This document shows positions 38,789 through 52,929 of a stretch of DNA of 64,000 nt, one piece after another. Source of the DNA: Octopus sinensis (Eukaryota); assembly GCF_006345805.1 (NCBI RefSeq), contig NC_043006.1, positions 69,006,001-69,070,000 of the forward strand, written 5' to 3'. The translations under genes were made by a program, and so were the position numbers. Every line of letters begins with the position of its first letter. The stretch's first letter is position 1. The notes under the pieces were generated by a model, which was not told the DNA's origin, did no database searches, and saw only the letters and a list, made by a program, of their open reading frames with translations.

Positions 38789-39000
38789 GTCCAATAGAAT
38801 AACTCTCAGAAACAGATTACGTACAAATTCGTTCTTCACAACTCCTGAAGCTGTTTTCTGACAAGGGTGGGGGTGGGGGGTCAGGAAATTGTCATACAGC
38901 TGGAGGCTCCAATCGAAACAGGGGACCCGAAATGATAAGGTTGAGAAACGCTGTTATAGATTATGCCTAACCGAAAAGGATCACAGCCACATCATCCAAA

Positions 39001-39031
39001 CAGACCGGGTGAAACCGGGCTTAGCTGCTAG
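39001..39031 (+). mobile_element. Helitron-like 3' terminus
   Basis: Hairpin ccgg-gtgaaa-ccgg, 9 nt, then CTAG|T. Confidence 0.55.
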
Positions 39032-39908
39032 TATATATATAAATGAATGAATGTATGTGTGTGTGTGTGCGCGTGCACGCATGTGTATGTGTACATATAT
39101 ATATAGATGGCAGCGAATGATCTGGGTTAATTAGTAGCTGTTTCTTGCAGATGGAGCTATCACGTAAAGGTTACCCGGTTGTCTCGAAGAAATACCAGTG
39201 ATATAATGTGGTAAGTACAGTAATTGACAACAAAACAAGCATAGTTTAGATAAACATAACAATCACAAATGATTCTACTAACCAACTAACCTGCAAACCA
39301 CCACCACCACCACCACAACCACCACCACCGCAACAACCACCACCACCACCACTACAACCACTACTACTACAACCATCATCTCCACCGCTGCTATAGTTAG
39401 AACCACCACGGCCATCAACACCACCTTCAGTAGCATCAACACCATCATCATCATCATCACCACTACCATTACTATCACCGATACAACCACTACCATATCA
39501 TTATCTTCACCACCACCACACCACTATCACCACCGTCACTGCACCACCCGTCACCGCCACAAACACCATCTCCACCACCTCCATCATCACGTTGGCAAAA
39601 GGACAGCACTACGTTGAGGTCAGCAATAAAGACGAAATCTGCAACTACAACACTAGCCGTAACAAGAACCACGTGAACCATAACAATAACATCAACGTCA
39701 ACTACATTGGCTCAGCTTCAAAGCGCCCAGTTATTAAAAAAAAAAGTGCAACCGACACACATTAACACATCAATGCGTCACGTACACACACATACACACA
39801 CTCTCACTCACTCACACACATACACACATCATTCATACACAGGCGCCACGTATGGGTGAGTGTGTCTATGAGCATGAGGAAACATATATATATATATATA
39901 TATATAGA

Positions 39909-39951
<43 letters not shown>

Positions 39952-40040
39952 TACGTACATACATGCTTGCTCACATACATACACGTACACACACACGTAC
40001 ATATATATATACACATACACGTATACTACATATATACATG

Positions 40041-40435
40041 TACTCTCTTTTACTTCTTTCAGTCATTTGACTGTGGCCATGCTGGAGCACCGCCTTTAGT
40101 CGAGCAAATCGACCCCAGGACTTATTCTTTGTAAGCCTAATACTTATTCTATCGGATTCTTTTGCCGAACCACTAAGTTACGGGGACGTAAACACACCAC
40201 CATCGGTTGTGAAGCGATGTTGAGGGGACAAACACAAACGCACAAACATAAGCACACACATGCAAATATGTGCATATATACGACGGGCTTCTTTCAGTTT
40301 CCGTCTACCAAATTCACTCACAAGGCTAGGTCGGCCCGAGGTTATAGTAGAAGACGCTTGCCCAAGGTGGCACGCAGTGGGACTGAACCCGGAACCATGT
40401 AGTTGGTAATCAAGCTACTTACCACTCCTACGCCT
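40041..40435 (-). mobile_element. SINE family A, near full length
   Basis: Family A match. Confidence 0.9.
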
Positions 40436-40445
40436 ATATACGTAC

Positions 40446-40483
<38 letters not shown>

Positions 40484-40525
40484 ACATACATATACATTAA
40501 TATACATAGGCGCCATGTCATATGA

Positions 40526-40560
<35 letters not shown>

Positions 40561-40831
40561 ACCACATACAGACTATGCATGTGTTGTGTGGTGTACATAT
40601 ATATCGAGATATATATATATATACACACACATACAGACTATACATATGTGTGTATGTGTGTGTGTGTGTGTGTGTGCGTGAGTGAGTGAGTGTGCATAGT
40701 CTGTCAGTCCAATATTGATTGAGTAGTTCCATATATAAAAGACACAAAGCTGGCTGCAACCCTGTCAGCACCACACTGCAGGTCAATCGGTACAACAAAG
40801 GATTTGATATTGTCATTTGGTACAAGTCACC

Positions 40832-40905
<74 letters not shown>

Positions 40906-41400
40906 GCGCACACTGCTGCAATTGCTACTGCTGCTACTGCGCCGCTGCTGTGGCTGTCACTGCTGCAGGTGGTGGTGGTGGTTGGTGGCGACGTAAGTGG
41001 CTGTCACTTGGAGATTTCAGAAGCAGATTATTGTGCAGCGCACAGCACTTGAGTATTTCAGTGGTACAAGACGAAGAAGTCTGTGTAGGAAGGGGTGGTT
41101 GCGCTTGCATGCATGTATATATGTGTGTGAGTGTTCGTTATACACACACACACACACACAAAGCATGCACATTATGTTAAATGCCTTGCAATACATATAA
41201 TGCTATTATATATTAACGCGTATGTCACGATTGTGTTCGATATTTTATATACATACATACATACATACATACATACATACATACATACATACATACATAC
41301 ATACATAACACATTTTAATGGACTTTTTCATATCCTATACACATATGTCTAGATGAAAGAGATGTGTGTGTGTGGCCATGTATGTATATCTGTGTGTGTG

Positions 41401-41437
<37 letters not shown>

Positions 41438-41444
41438 TATATAT

Positions 41445-41655
41445 ATACTCCTTACTCTTTTACTTGTTTCAGTCATTTGACTGTGGCCATGCTGGAGCAC
41501 CGCCTTTAGTCGAGCAAATCGACCCCAAGACTTACTCTTTGTAAGCCAAGTACTTATTATATCGATCTTTTTTGCCGCACCGCTAAGTTACGGGGACGTA
41601 AACACACCAGCATCGGTTGTCAAGCGATGTTGGGGGGACAAACACAGACACACAA
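41445..41655 (-). mobile_element. SINE family A, 3' half
   Basis: Family A match. Confidence 0.85.
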
Positions 41656-41717
41656 ACACACACACACACAGACACAGACACACACACACACACGCGCGCG
41701 CGCGCGCGCGCACACAA

Positions 41718-41748
<31 letters not shown>

Positions 41749-41968
41749 AGGATAACATCGATATTTAAATACTGATCTTATCAGGTGGCCAGCATGAGAA
41801 TAAAACTCCCCAAAGGTAATAATTATTATCAAAATTTGGTATTTTGACCATATTACGCGAGGAGTTTTAGGCGGGTAATTTAAACTGGTCGTATATATGC
41901 ATGTATACTGGTCATATATATGCATGTATATGTTCGCATATATAAGTATATCGTATGTTGTGTGTGTG

Positions 41969-42003
<35 letters not shown>

Positions 42004-42034
42004 ATATTTGTATATTTACGTGCTAATTGAGTAT

Positions 42035-42093
42035 ATTCCACTGATGAAGGCAGGACATTTCTTATGCAGAGCCAGAAATCCAGCATCTGGAAT
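42035..42093 (+). ncRNA. Type I hammerhead ribozyme fold within a 229-bp (TA)n-bounded unit (42004-42232)
   Basis: auucca-CUGAUGA-aggc[19 nt]gcca-GAAA-u-ccagc-AUC^-uggaau. Perfect 6-bp stem I; A.A mismatch at 10.1:11.1; 2-bp stem III. Confidence 0.65.
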
Positions 42094-42276
42094 TATCCAG
42101 TAGTTTTTTGCTAGTTTATTTTGTCTCTTTGTCTTCTCTCCTAGTGCTGTTAACATTTAATGTGTTTTAAAGTCAAGTTCTGGTTGCTGTTTCCAGCGTG
42201 GTGGTATCTCTTAGATACCTTAAATTATAACTTATATATATATTTATATATATATATATATATTATATATATAATT

Positions 42277-42359
<83 letters not shown>

Positions 42360-43344
42360 TCACACATACATACACACACACACACTCACTCACACACCTG
42401 TATGTACGCGCACACACATGCACATAACACACTTCCACACACCCACACGTACATACATACACACTCATACACATACACACACACACACACACGGACATAC
42501 ATCTATGCACACACATATATACACACATACTCACATACATTCATCGGACACACTGACACCCAGACATACACACAGACACACTCACACATCCACACACATA
42601 CATACTTACGCGCATACTCGCAGGCGCGCGCACACACGCGCTTGCGCCGGTTCGCACACGCATACGCGCTGCATGCACCTCGCTCTTGGACCCGACGAGA
42701 CCTCCCGCTCTTTCCTGGGACCGTCGCTTGTCGTTGGGTTTTCCCACGCCCGTCTCCGCGGGACCACTCTTCCATCTTCCCCTCAGCTGGAGTCCCTTTT
42801 TCCTTAACCCCCCCCCTTTTTTGTTACACACGCGCGCACACATATACACACATTGCTTAAATATATACATTACTCTTACACACATTCAATCTACTCGCCA
42901 TTAATACTACCACGACACTGGACACACACACACACTACTACTCAACACACGCGTGACACGCTACATACGCCCCCACCCCTTCCCCTCCCTCCCTTCCTCC
43001 TTCCTTCTTTTTCTTACTACTGACCACTGCCTGCCTGCCTACCCTGTCTCGCCCTACCTCACACGCCTACACACAGACGCACACACTACACATACATATA
43101 TTTTTTGTTTTTTTATCTCGCCTCACAACACACATACACACACGCACACGCACACACTCACACATACACACATCTGTTGCGTTACCAACCTTGTCTCCAC
43201 TCTTTTGGCTTAAAAACCTACTTTGCTCTTGTTATCGTAAACTTCCGCCTTTCACCATGTGTAACTCGTAAACACCAGTCGTTTTTTTCTCTATCTCCTG
43301 TTGCCCGCTTTGGGATCTTTCTTTCCTCTCTCTTCCTTCTTTAT

Positions 43345-43379
43345 GTTTCCGACGAAGAGCTCCGCTCGAAACGTCATAC
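43345..43379 (+). ncRNA. Minimal hammerhead motif (U4C lesion) in a Penelope-like repeat (about 43290-43468)
   Basis: gttt-CCGACGA-a-gagc/ucc/gcuc-GAAAC-GUC^-auac. Confidence 0.55.
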
Positions 43380-43466
43380 CTTCCTGCTTCCATTTCCTGA
43401 GCGCCTATTAATAATAATACTGTAATTGTTCCATTGTTGTTGTTTTTTTGTTTTCCCGTTTGGATT

Positions 43467-43497
<31 letters not shown>

Positions 43498-43593
43498 ACG
43501 GGAAGCTTTATGAAAATAAACAAAAGACGAAGGCAGGTGTAATACAAACAAACAATTGTATTAGTATGGCGCTCAGGAATATAAATAAAACAA

Positions 43594-43635
43594 GTATTTT
43601 ACGTTTCGAGCCTACGCTCTTCAACAGAAAGATAC
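43594..43635 (-). ncRNA. Minimal hammerhead motif (CUGUUGA variant) in a Penelope-like repeat (about 43497-43705)
   Basis: Minus: guaucuuu-CUGUUGA-a-gagc/guag/gcuc-GAAAC-GUA^-aaauac. Confidence 0.55.
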
Positions 43636-43711
43636 ACAGAGAAGAACACAGAAAGAAGGAGAGGAAATGCGTGCAGAGGCTAGCGAATCAACATGGCGAT
43701 ATATCTATATA

Positions 43712-43753
<42 letters not shown>

Positions 43754-43838
43754 TATATATATAGATGCATATATATATATTATATATATATATGCATATA
43801 TATATATATGTATATATATAGGTGTATATATATATATA

Positions 43839-43873
<35 letters not shown>

Positions 43874-44479
43874 TATATATATATATATGCTATATATATA
43901 TTAACATAATATATATATGCATATATATTCATATATATATGCACGCACATTCATGCACATACATATATATATATATATGCACACCCCACACACACTTACA
44001 CACTCATACACACATATAGGATATGATATATACTTTATTGATATATATACTGCAGTATTATAGATCCATTTACCAATCGGTTTCTCACACGAATTAGAGG
44101 GGAACCACGACACTCGTCAAAAGGGCTGTTATGAAAAGTATAGTGATGGTTCTTAGCTACTAGGTACTAGAATTTAGTAATTAACGCATCCACGTCGTGG
44201 GTGATGTGAAAAATGAAAAAAGAACCTTTTAACTTATGTTTGCTTTAGAGTAAAAAATTTTGCTAACATAACATGGCAGTCTGATTTAGGACGAATGTTG
44301 CTGTAATTAAATCAGGACTAACATGTTATGCTGGGAAAAATCTTTACTCCAAAGTACTGTTGCTGGATATCTCTCGCTGTGAGATTTTAAAATAGTAATT
44401 TTCTAATTTATGTCTGCTTTACTTTGGTACTTTGATAGGTTTCAGCCAGTAGTGGCTCAGGCCATGACTAACTTAATAG

Positions 44480-44700
44480 CACCACCTGGCTAAGTCATTC
44501 AAATCAGGAATCGGACAACATGGCCACTCGAGGACAGAGATATATTCGGGTGTAGGAGGTTGATGCGGGATTTTTCGAAGGAATTTGTCCAAAAACTTGA
44601 ACTTTATGGAGTCTGTTTCTGCTTTAATGTGTTTTGGTGTAATGTTAAAGAGAGTGGCACCAATTGGTGTTAAAGAGAATGGCACCAATTGAGGTGAAAT
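44480..44700 (-). mobile_element. CR1-like LINE ORF2 C-terminal relic
   Basis: GATLFNITPKHIK...FKFLDKFLRKIPHQPPTPEY. Confidence 0.7.
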
Positions 44701-45989
44701 AATTGTGCCGTATTGTTGATGGTTTTCGGAACTTAGGATTCCAGGAAAATGTTTGTTCACTAAGTTAAGAAAGAATCTTAACAACACGAAAAGTGATGCA
44801 CGATCAAAAAACTATTTGGTGGTATTTTCTCCTGGTGGGGCTAGGATCGGATGTGTAACTAGTCATATTCTTAAATCCGGCGACGGACAGTGCCTCGTTG
44901 CAGTACGGGGCTGCTGCACCAAAATTCTTTATTTGAAAACAGGCCAGAGATTCTTCGGCTGTCCCACTGAGCTTTATGGTTGGATAGTATGAAGCTATAT
45001 TAATGTATGTCTACCTCTCGAACGATTTCCGAAATGGCCCCTAAGCACCAGTTTTTAAGTTTAAGTTTAAATCTAAGAAATCAGCCATCTTCGGATTTGT
45101 TTCTATTGTGGTAGTGGTGGTGGTGGTGGTCGTCGTGGTCGTCGTGGTCGTCGTCGTGGGTTAGATCTTTACTAAGCCTATTAAATGAATGACCGTGTGT
45201 CCCTCTTAGCATTGTCAAAGCATCTACCCTGTCGCTTTCTCCAGTCCAAATTTAATCAAGTCTAGTATATTTGAAAGTTTATGTTATATCTCCTATAATT
45301 TCCATTCGGTTGTAACTCCACACAGTCTTGCACATATGGTACAACCTATCATTCACTATTCAGAGCTCAGTTTGTTCCTGTAAAACATACTTTTCTCCTA
45401 TTCTCCTATCAATAAAGAACTTGTCTTCAACGGTGACATTCCAACCCATTATTATTTATCAATACCGATTGTCATTTAACAACAGATATCAAGTAAACCG
45501 TATTTATTTTCCTGTTTCGTGTTAAGAACAAAGCACAAGGTAAGCACCTCTCATCCGACATATATAAAAACCACGAAGAAAGCTCTTGAAAATATCTTAC
45601 AGCGGCGATATAACAATAACCCAGTCTCTTTTAGCAAAATAAACACGTAATTATTTCACATAACAAACAAGCTAACGATACTACACGTAACAACTCTCCT
45701 TTAATAACACAAATTACAATAACATTCTTGATTTACAGAAACATTCGCCTGCCTCACCGCGTATATTTGACAGTGTGCATTAAGTGTGTATACTGACAGT
45801 ATATATTGAGATTGTGTACTTACAGTATATATGTAGAGTATATACTGAAAGTATTCCAAGTATACAGTATATAGTATTCCAAGTGTAAATTTAGAATAAA
45901 ATCGGTCTCCTCACAGATGTAAAAACATGGGTGTACATATTATTCAAGCAAAACAAGGATTTTGATCTCTGAGCAATGAATCGATCAAA

Positions 45990-46230
45990 GGTGAATTCGG
46001 TTGATGATTTCAGTTATCTTGATAGTTGGGTAAACAGCACCGATGCTGACATCAAATTCCGAAAATCACAAGCTTGGACAGCCCAAGAGAGCATGGAAGT
46101 CAAGACTGAACTGAGGGGGAACAAAAATCAGACTGTTCCTTGTTGCTGTTGGGGCAGCAAAACATGGACACATACCAAACAAGCAAAGAAGAGTTCAGAT
46201 GGCAGCTATACAAGAATGCATTGAATAGCT
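45990..46230 (+). mobile_element. RTE-clade LINE RT-thumb relic
   Basis: VDDFSYLDSWVNSTDADIKFRKSQAWTA...GSKTWTHTK...DGSYTRM. Confidence 0.8.
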
Positions 46231-46632
46231 CCGTGTGTGAAACGGCAGCGGAACACGATGGATGAACCTTATCTATAGAAGGTTCTGAAAATGACCAACA
46301 AGATCAGAGAGCGACGTCTCGGCATATCAACTCATTGCAGGGAGAAGAAACATCAAAGCTTGTGTTCTGGAACACGCAACGTGATACCAGCGAGTGTGGG
46401 ACACGTAGTTTGATATTTAACGACAAACTGAAAGGGGACAAAGGACTGGATTCTATACACAGCAGTGGCGATGATGGATCGAGGTGCTTTATCTTTGAGG
46501 GCCGGGTGGGGGCCTGATCAAAGTAAATAAAATAAGAATATTTAGAGTAAAATATTAAAAATTCATATTCGTAGTGAATACTGATAGTGTGCGCGCGCAC
46601 ACACACACATACACCGCACACGCACACTTATA

Positions 46633-46998
46633 TCTTTATTCTTTTACTTGTTTCCGTCATTAGACTCCGGCCATACTGGGGCACCGCCTTGAAGAATTTT
46701 TTAAAGTCAACTGGATCGCACCCAGTAGTTTTTTTCTTAAGCCTAGTACTTATTCTGTCGATTTCTTTTTGCCGAACCGCTAGCTAACGAAGACGTAAGC
46801 AAACTTGTCAACAGTGGTGCAGGACGACCACAGATTCAAAGACGCACCCACACACAACGGGCTTCTTTCAGCTTCCGTCTACCAAAGTCACTCACAAGGT
46901 TTTGGTCGGTCCAAGGCTATAAGTGAAAGATACTTGCCCGAGGTGCCGCGCAGGGAGATTGAACCCGGAATCATGTGGTTGGGAAACAAGCTTCTTAA
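46633..46998 (-). mobile_element. SINE family A (diverged subfamily)
   Basis: Family A match. Confidence 0.8.
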
Positions 46999-47016
46999 CA
47001 CATATCTATCTATCTA

Positions 47017-47059
<43 letters not shown>

Positions 47060-47137
47060 TATATCTATCTATCTATTATCTATCTGTCTGTATGTCTGTC
47101 TGTCTGTCTATCTATCTATCTTTCTATCTATCTATCT

Positions 47138-47172
<35 letters not shown>

Positions 47173-47180
47173 CTCTCTCT

Positions 47181-47257
<77 letters not shown>

Positions 47258-47994
47258 GTAATGATGGAGCTAATAATAATTCGATAATTAGATAACTGTA
47301 ATTTAATTAACATATAATTTCAAACATTTAGGCATTTGCAGATGTGTTGCAGTTTGTGAAGTGGGTTGGTAGGAAAAAAAACGTCTATGTTATGACTGTA
47401 GCAACATAAGGATGGCGGTGGTCCTTCTGTCACTCTCTGGGCCGCGACTCATGGAAAAAAAAAAAAAAACCAAACTGGGGTCTCGTTCGATGGCTGAATG
47501 AAATACATAACAAACATTTCTGCCATTATTAAAGCCTGATTAGACATGAAGAGGTCAACGATGGTCACATCAAGTGACAGTTTAGCCTTGAAGACAGGAC
47601 ACTGACTTGCTCTGTGGCAGGTGACAGGTCGGGTTTAGATGTGAAACACCCCATCGACAAGCTGACTACTAAATGTTAGTAAACGGCCTGTTTACATAGC
47701 AGAAATACAATACTCTCTCATATAGACTTCCTCTCTTAATTACTCTTTACCTTTTAGCCTTTACAATATAACAAACGACAACACTAACATGTCAACCTGC
47801 TTAAATACATATATACCTTACATATATAAAACACCTCACACGGCAACACTAACGCATTTAGCTACATATTAACACCTTCCCACCAACGCTACATACATAT
47901 ACCTACCCATACACACATCCAAATTTCTATTACTCTTTTTCGTTTTCTCACTAACACGTTCTTATACCTGTCTGTCTGTCTGTCTGTCTCTCTG

Positions 47995-48031
<37 letters not shown>

Positions 48032-48064
48032 CTCATCCATCCATCTGCCTATATACATATACAT

Positions 48065-48101
<37 letters not shown>

Positions 48102-48112
48102 CATATATATAT

Positions 48113-48462
48113 CTTTTACTCTTTTACTTGATTTAGTCCTTTGACTGTGGCCATTCTGTAGTCGAGCAAATCGACCCCAGGACTTATTTTTTGTAAGCCT
48201 AGCACTTATTCTATCGTTAAACACACCAGCATCGGTTGTCAAGCGATGGTGGGTCGACAAACACAGACACACAATCACACACATACACCTATATATACGA
48301 CAGGCTTCTTTCAGTTTCCGTCTACCAAATCCACTCACAAGGCTTTGGTCGGCCCGAGGTGAAGACACTATAGTAGAAGACACTTACCCAAGGTACCACA
48401 CAGTGGGACTGAGCCTGGAACCATGTGGTTGGTAAGCAAGCTACTTACCACACAGCCACTCC
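48113..48462 (-). mobile_element. SINE family A
   Basis: Family A match. Confidence 0.85.
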
Positions 48463-48476
48463 TATACATACATACA

Positions 48477-48508
<32 letters not shown>

Positions 48509-48583
48509 CAATTGTAGTGATTAAAAAATTAATGTCTAACCGTGCTACTTCTTGATGACTCCAATCTTTTCAATACATATAAT

Positions 48584-48630
<47 letters not shown>

Positions 48631-48714
48631 TATATATAACAAAATAATAAATAAACATATGCATATATGCATACATTATTGTAACGTACCTACATCTAAT
48701 GTATATATACATGC

Positions 48715-49050
48715 ATTATGGGTACAGGACACCCAAAAAAAGACGTCGAACACAATGAGAAACGAAAAATAAAAACAAAACCAAGGAAATGGACATTTAT
48801 CTTAAACAACGAAAAAAAATAGATACAAGACATACAACACAAGGAACATTCCCTTCTTCAGTCGCATGATGGTTTCATCTTACTCCGCGTTTACGAAGGT
48901 AAAGGCGAGACGCGACTTCTTGAAACAATCTTTCCGCAAAGCAAATTAAATAAAATTTGAGATTTTTTTGCTGAGGGTAAAAATGGTAACAAAAACAGGA
49001 AAGTAAAACAATAAAATAAAAACAGTAAAAGACAGGACAAGGATAATAAC
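48715..49050 (-). repeat. Interspersed repeat (possibly Penelope-related); relatives at 51895-52045, 54030-54202 and 57035-57212
   Basis: Shared gggtacaggac...aacaacgaaaa...cccttcttcag and gcaaagcaaattaaataaaattt segments. Confidence 0.6.
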
Positions 49051-49181
49051 AGTAATACGAACATTAAGGGCTGTTAACTCTGAACGAATGAAAAAATATT
49101 TTGAACGCTTTGAGAACGGCGAGAGAGACAGAAAAAGCCATCTACATTTGATGGATGCAGGGTCAGAAAGGCAGTAGTGGC

Positions 49182-49253
<72 letters not shown>

Positions 49254-49292
49254 CATATTACATATATACATATATAAAAGGTAGATATTGAT

Positions 49293-49331
<39 letters not shown>

Positions 49332-50289
49332 TATAGATATATAGATAGATAGATAGTTACCTAGATACATAGATACATACATACATAAAAACAGACAAAT
49401 AGACAGATATTTAGCGAGACAGACTGGTAGATAGACAGATAGACAGGCAGGCAGATAGACAGACAAGCAGACAGACAGACTAGACAGACAGCTAGATAAA
49501 TAAATGGATAGATAAATGCGTATACATGTATGAATGTGAAGGTACATATTTACAGTACATATTTACACGCACATACACACATATACGCACGCATAGACAC
49601 ACGCATTATAATATCATTATTTCAGCAAACTCGCACATTTAACCTCGCTGCGAATGTAAACAAAGTGGTTAGACCGCAGGTTTGATCTCACGGAGAGATA
49701 GACGTGTGCTGTAAGCACTCGTTGCGAGAATAAAATTTTGAGGTTACTGAAATCACACACGAGTAAGGTCTCCCATATATCACCAATGATCTTAAACCCT
49801 TGTCGTGTTGAGCAGATTAACTCATCCCCGTTGCCCGCGCCTGCAGTCTACTGCGAATAAGGCAGACTAGCTCAGCTCTGTCTGTTTGTCGATACGCAAT
49901 AAATAAGTGGGAACAGCTACTCCCTCTATGAACAGAAAGTGGGTTAGTAATCTCTAATGCGAGATTAATAAAACACGTAGGGAACCAGGACGATTCCTAT
50001 TTCTGGCAATGGAGAAATGAACCCTATAATTAAACCATTCTATTTACTTTCCATTGTATATTTATTAAGCATACTTATGAATAAAGTTTATCTTGCTTTT
50101 ATTCTCCTCCCTCTCTCTCACTCACACACACACACACACACGCACACACAAAATGGCGTGACAAAGTTTATCCTGGAAGATGTCAAGCCTGTAGATGTCA
50201 AGCCTGTAGTCCTGCTGTCACACTCAAACTCAGTTTAAGACACTCTGGTAGTACACATTAATCAGACCAAAATGGTAATATCGCCCCAC

Positions 50290-50890
50290 TTCTACCAAAT
50301 ACTCCAAATTATAGGGACTCATTCGAAGAGAGCCCCTCAAAAAGGTGGAAGAAATGTTGACCAACCTAGATGACAGCCTTCACATACTAAGAGACTTCAA
50401 CCTCCCTAATGGCTGCCTTTCTATAACACTGCTTGAATAGAGACAAACAGAGTCACTGCTCGACCTCGCAAACATGCTCTTTATGGAGCAATTAGTGCTC
50501 CACTCAACAAGGGTAAAAATGTCCTGGACCTCTGCTTCACAAATAACGTGGCGCTCATTCATAATGCTAAGGTGATACCGACGATTTTCTCGGACGATAA
50601 CTTAATAGAACTAACAACGTATGACCCACAAAAAACTACAGAGATACAGGCATCCAGTTCCTTTCCAGCTTGCTCTTTCATAAAGCTGATTGGAAAGATA
50701 TTCAGAAGGAGGTCATGGAACAAATCTGGTCAACTAGTCTCTCTACACAAGATATTGACATAGAGCTACAGAACTTTACGGGGTTCATGCATGACATATG
50801 CAGTAAGTTTACTCCAGAGAGAACATCAGACTGACAGAAAACATAATTCCCAGGGATAGGAAGATTCTAAAGAGACAATGAGTAAAGACC
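50290..50890 (+). mobile_element. CR1-clade LINE apurinic-endonuclease relic
   Basis: Frameshifted LRDFNLP (GDFNLP), GKNVLDLCFTNN, FSDDNLIEL (SDHNLI), FHKADW, IPRDRKILKR. Confidence 0.85.
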
Positions 50891-50906
50891 AACGAGTAAA
50901 AAAAAA

Positions 50907-51324
50907 GGGATCTTTTCGGTTTGGACGGCAGTTTTTAACATAATTTCTAGGTAACTAAAAAATTTTAAACTTTGTATACCGGTAGAATGTGTTTATAAAA
51001 CATCTTTTTCTCTTGGCTTTATTGAGAAAATTCTATAGTTTGTAAGATATTTGTTGTTTTTTTTTCTTCAATTTCTGCAATTACAACCAATCAATTACGT
51101 GTATTGAGGTAAAAAAAACATTCTGTGCCGTATGAATATGTCCCTCGTTTAAGAAACGGATTGGGTTCATTTATATTTGCGGAGAAAAAAAGTTACCTTT
51201 CCCCCCACCCCTAACCCTAACCCTAAAATAGAGTGAAATGCAATAGATCGATACAAGGGTCATAATTATGGATGACAATTTCATATGACACCGCTAGAAA
51301 AAACTGCCGTTCAAACCGAAAAGA
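50907..51324. mobile_element. Unclassified MITE with 26-bp TIRs and an internal (CCCTAA)3
   Basis: tcttttcggtttggacggcagttttt (50911-50936) / aaaaactgccgttcaaaccgaaaaga (51299-51324). Confidence 0.85.
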
Positions 51325-51848
51325 AAGAAAGAAAGAAACAAACAAACAAACAAACAAAGAAGATGTACTGAGGATGGCTCCGATCCAATGACTGAAATTA
51401 GTAAAAAATGAAAAAAAAAAATAACCAAACACAGAAGATAATTCTAACTATGAAGTAATTAAACAGAACACTAACTAAACACCAAAGGAACACTAGTTAT
51501 TTAAACATTTGACACACGCAGTTATCTAAACACTATCACAACACTACTATATTTACATATCAGCCTCAGTAAATAGGAGAGCGCTATTTAAATCTAATAG
51601 TTCTCTTACATTACAACAGCAGCGTCTAAACACATTTTACTAAATACGTTTAATGTAGCACTAATACAGGGCTTTTACAAGATTTTGATGGAGGTTTGAG
51701 TTTCATAAAGGTCCTTTATAAGCTGACACGTTTCGGATGAACTGTGTCATGTGTTTGCCGCTAAAGTGGGTTAATCACCTCATAGCGACTATTTCAAATT
51801 AATTGCTACTGACACCAGCAGATATGCGAATTCTTACTATATGTGTGG

Positions 51849-51897
<49 letters not shown>

Positions 51898-52118
51898 GAA
51901 GAAGGGGAATATTCCTTGTGTTGTATGTCTTGTAACTTGTTTTTTCGTTGTTTGAAAAAAAGTCCGTTCTATGTTTTTTTGTTTTTATGTTTTCGTTTCT
52001 AATTGTGTTCAACGTTTTTTTTTTTTGATGTCCTGTACCCATATATGCATGTATATATACATATATTTGTAGGTATGTACATATATGTATGTATATATAT
52101 GCATATATTTATATATTA

Positions 52119-52509
52119 CTAGCAGTATCGCCCGGCGTTGCTCGGGTTTGTAAGGGAAATAACTATATAAGCATTTTTAGAGAGTTATAGCCAAAAAATA
52201 GCAAAAAAATGCATTAAAAATTGAAAAAAAATCAAGGTAAATTTTTTTAAATCGTTGACACATCGTAGATTTTTTAGAGAGTTACTTCCCTTATATAAAA
52301 GCGAAAAAATGCATTAAAATGGAAAAATATGATGGTAAATTTTTTTTTAATCGTAGACTCATCGTAGACGCACGCTAATACCCAGAAGAGCTCGATATGA
52401 ATCACGACTATAAGATACCCGCTTTTGGTTAAACTGCACCGCAAAATTGGGAGTAGTTAGGAATCTAAATCGTAGGAGACAGACACACAACTTCACTCTT
52501 ATATAAAGA
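52119..52509 (-). mobile_element. Non-autonomous Helitron, both ends present
   Basis: Minus: A|TCTTTATAT ... cccg-agcaacgc-cggg-cgatactg-CTAG|T; two internal subrepeats of about 110 bp. Confidence 0.8.
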
Positions 52510-52929
52510 TGCTTTTTTTTTTTCATATGAGTTAGATTTATGAAGGTCTTCAGTAGAAAATCCTTCGAATTCTGACTCGCTGCTTGATATAATGAAATTC
52601 GTATCCATTTTTGTCAGAATTACAAATTTGAAAAGACAATAGGAACAAATTTCGGAAAAAAATCTCCCATAATTCACGGAATTAAAATTACACTTCGATT
52701 TTTGTACAAAACTGTACGTAGTTGAAGTGTTTACGAAGTATAATACGTGTTTTCACGAATGTACTAAAGAGATTTGCTTTGATATTCTCATTTAAATATG
52801 AATAGGTAAATTCGGGCGGCTTGGTAACTATATATAAGTGTCGTCTGTTTATACATAAACACTGTTTCATACTGCAATTATATATACATATATCTAATAT
52901 AATATTATATAATAAAATATATACAGAGT

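Noticed and set aside
42640-43100. GC-rich ORFs amid CA repeats
   Set aside because: Low-complexity pyrimidine/CA mosaic, probably degraded repeat or poor consensus.
48845-48900. Permuted (type II) hammerhead; similar motifs at 4432-4470, 51896-51910 and 57165-57210
   Set aside because: GAAA and CUGANGA are present, but stem I and stem III do not form and stem II pairs into the core.
51208-51225. Telomere
   Set aside because: Only three units, internal to a MITE.
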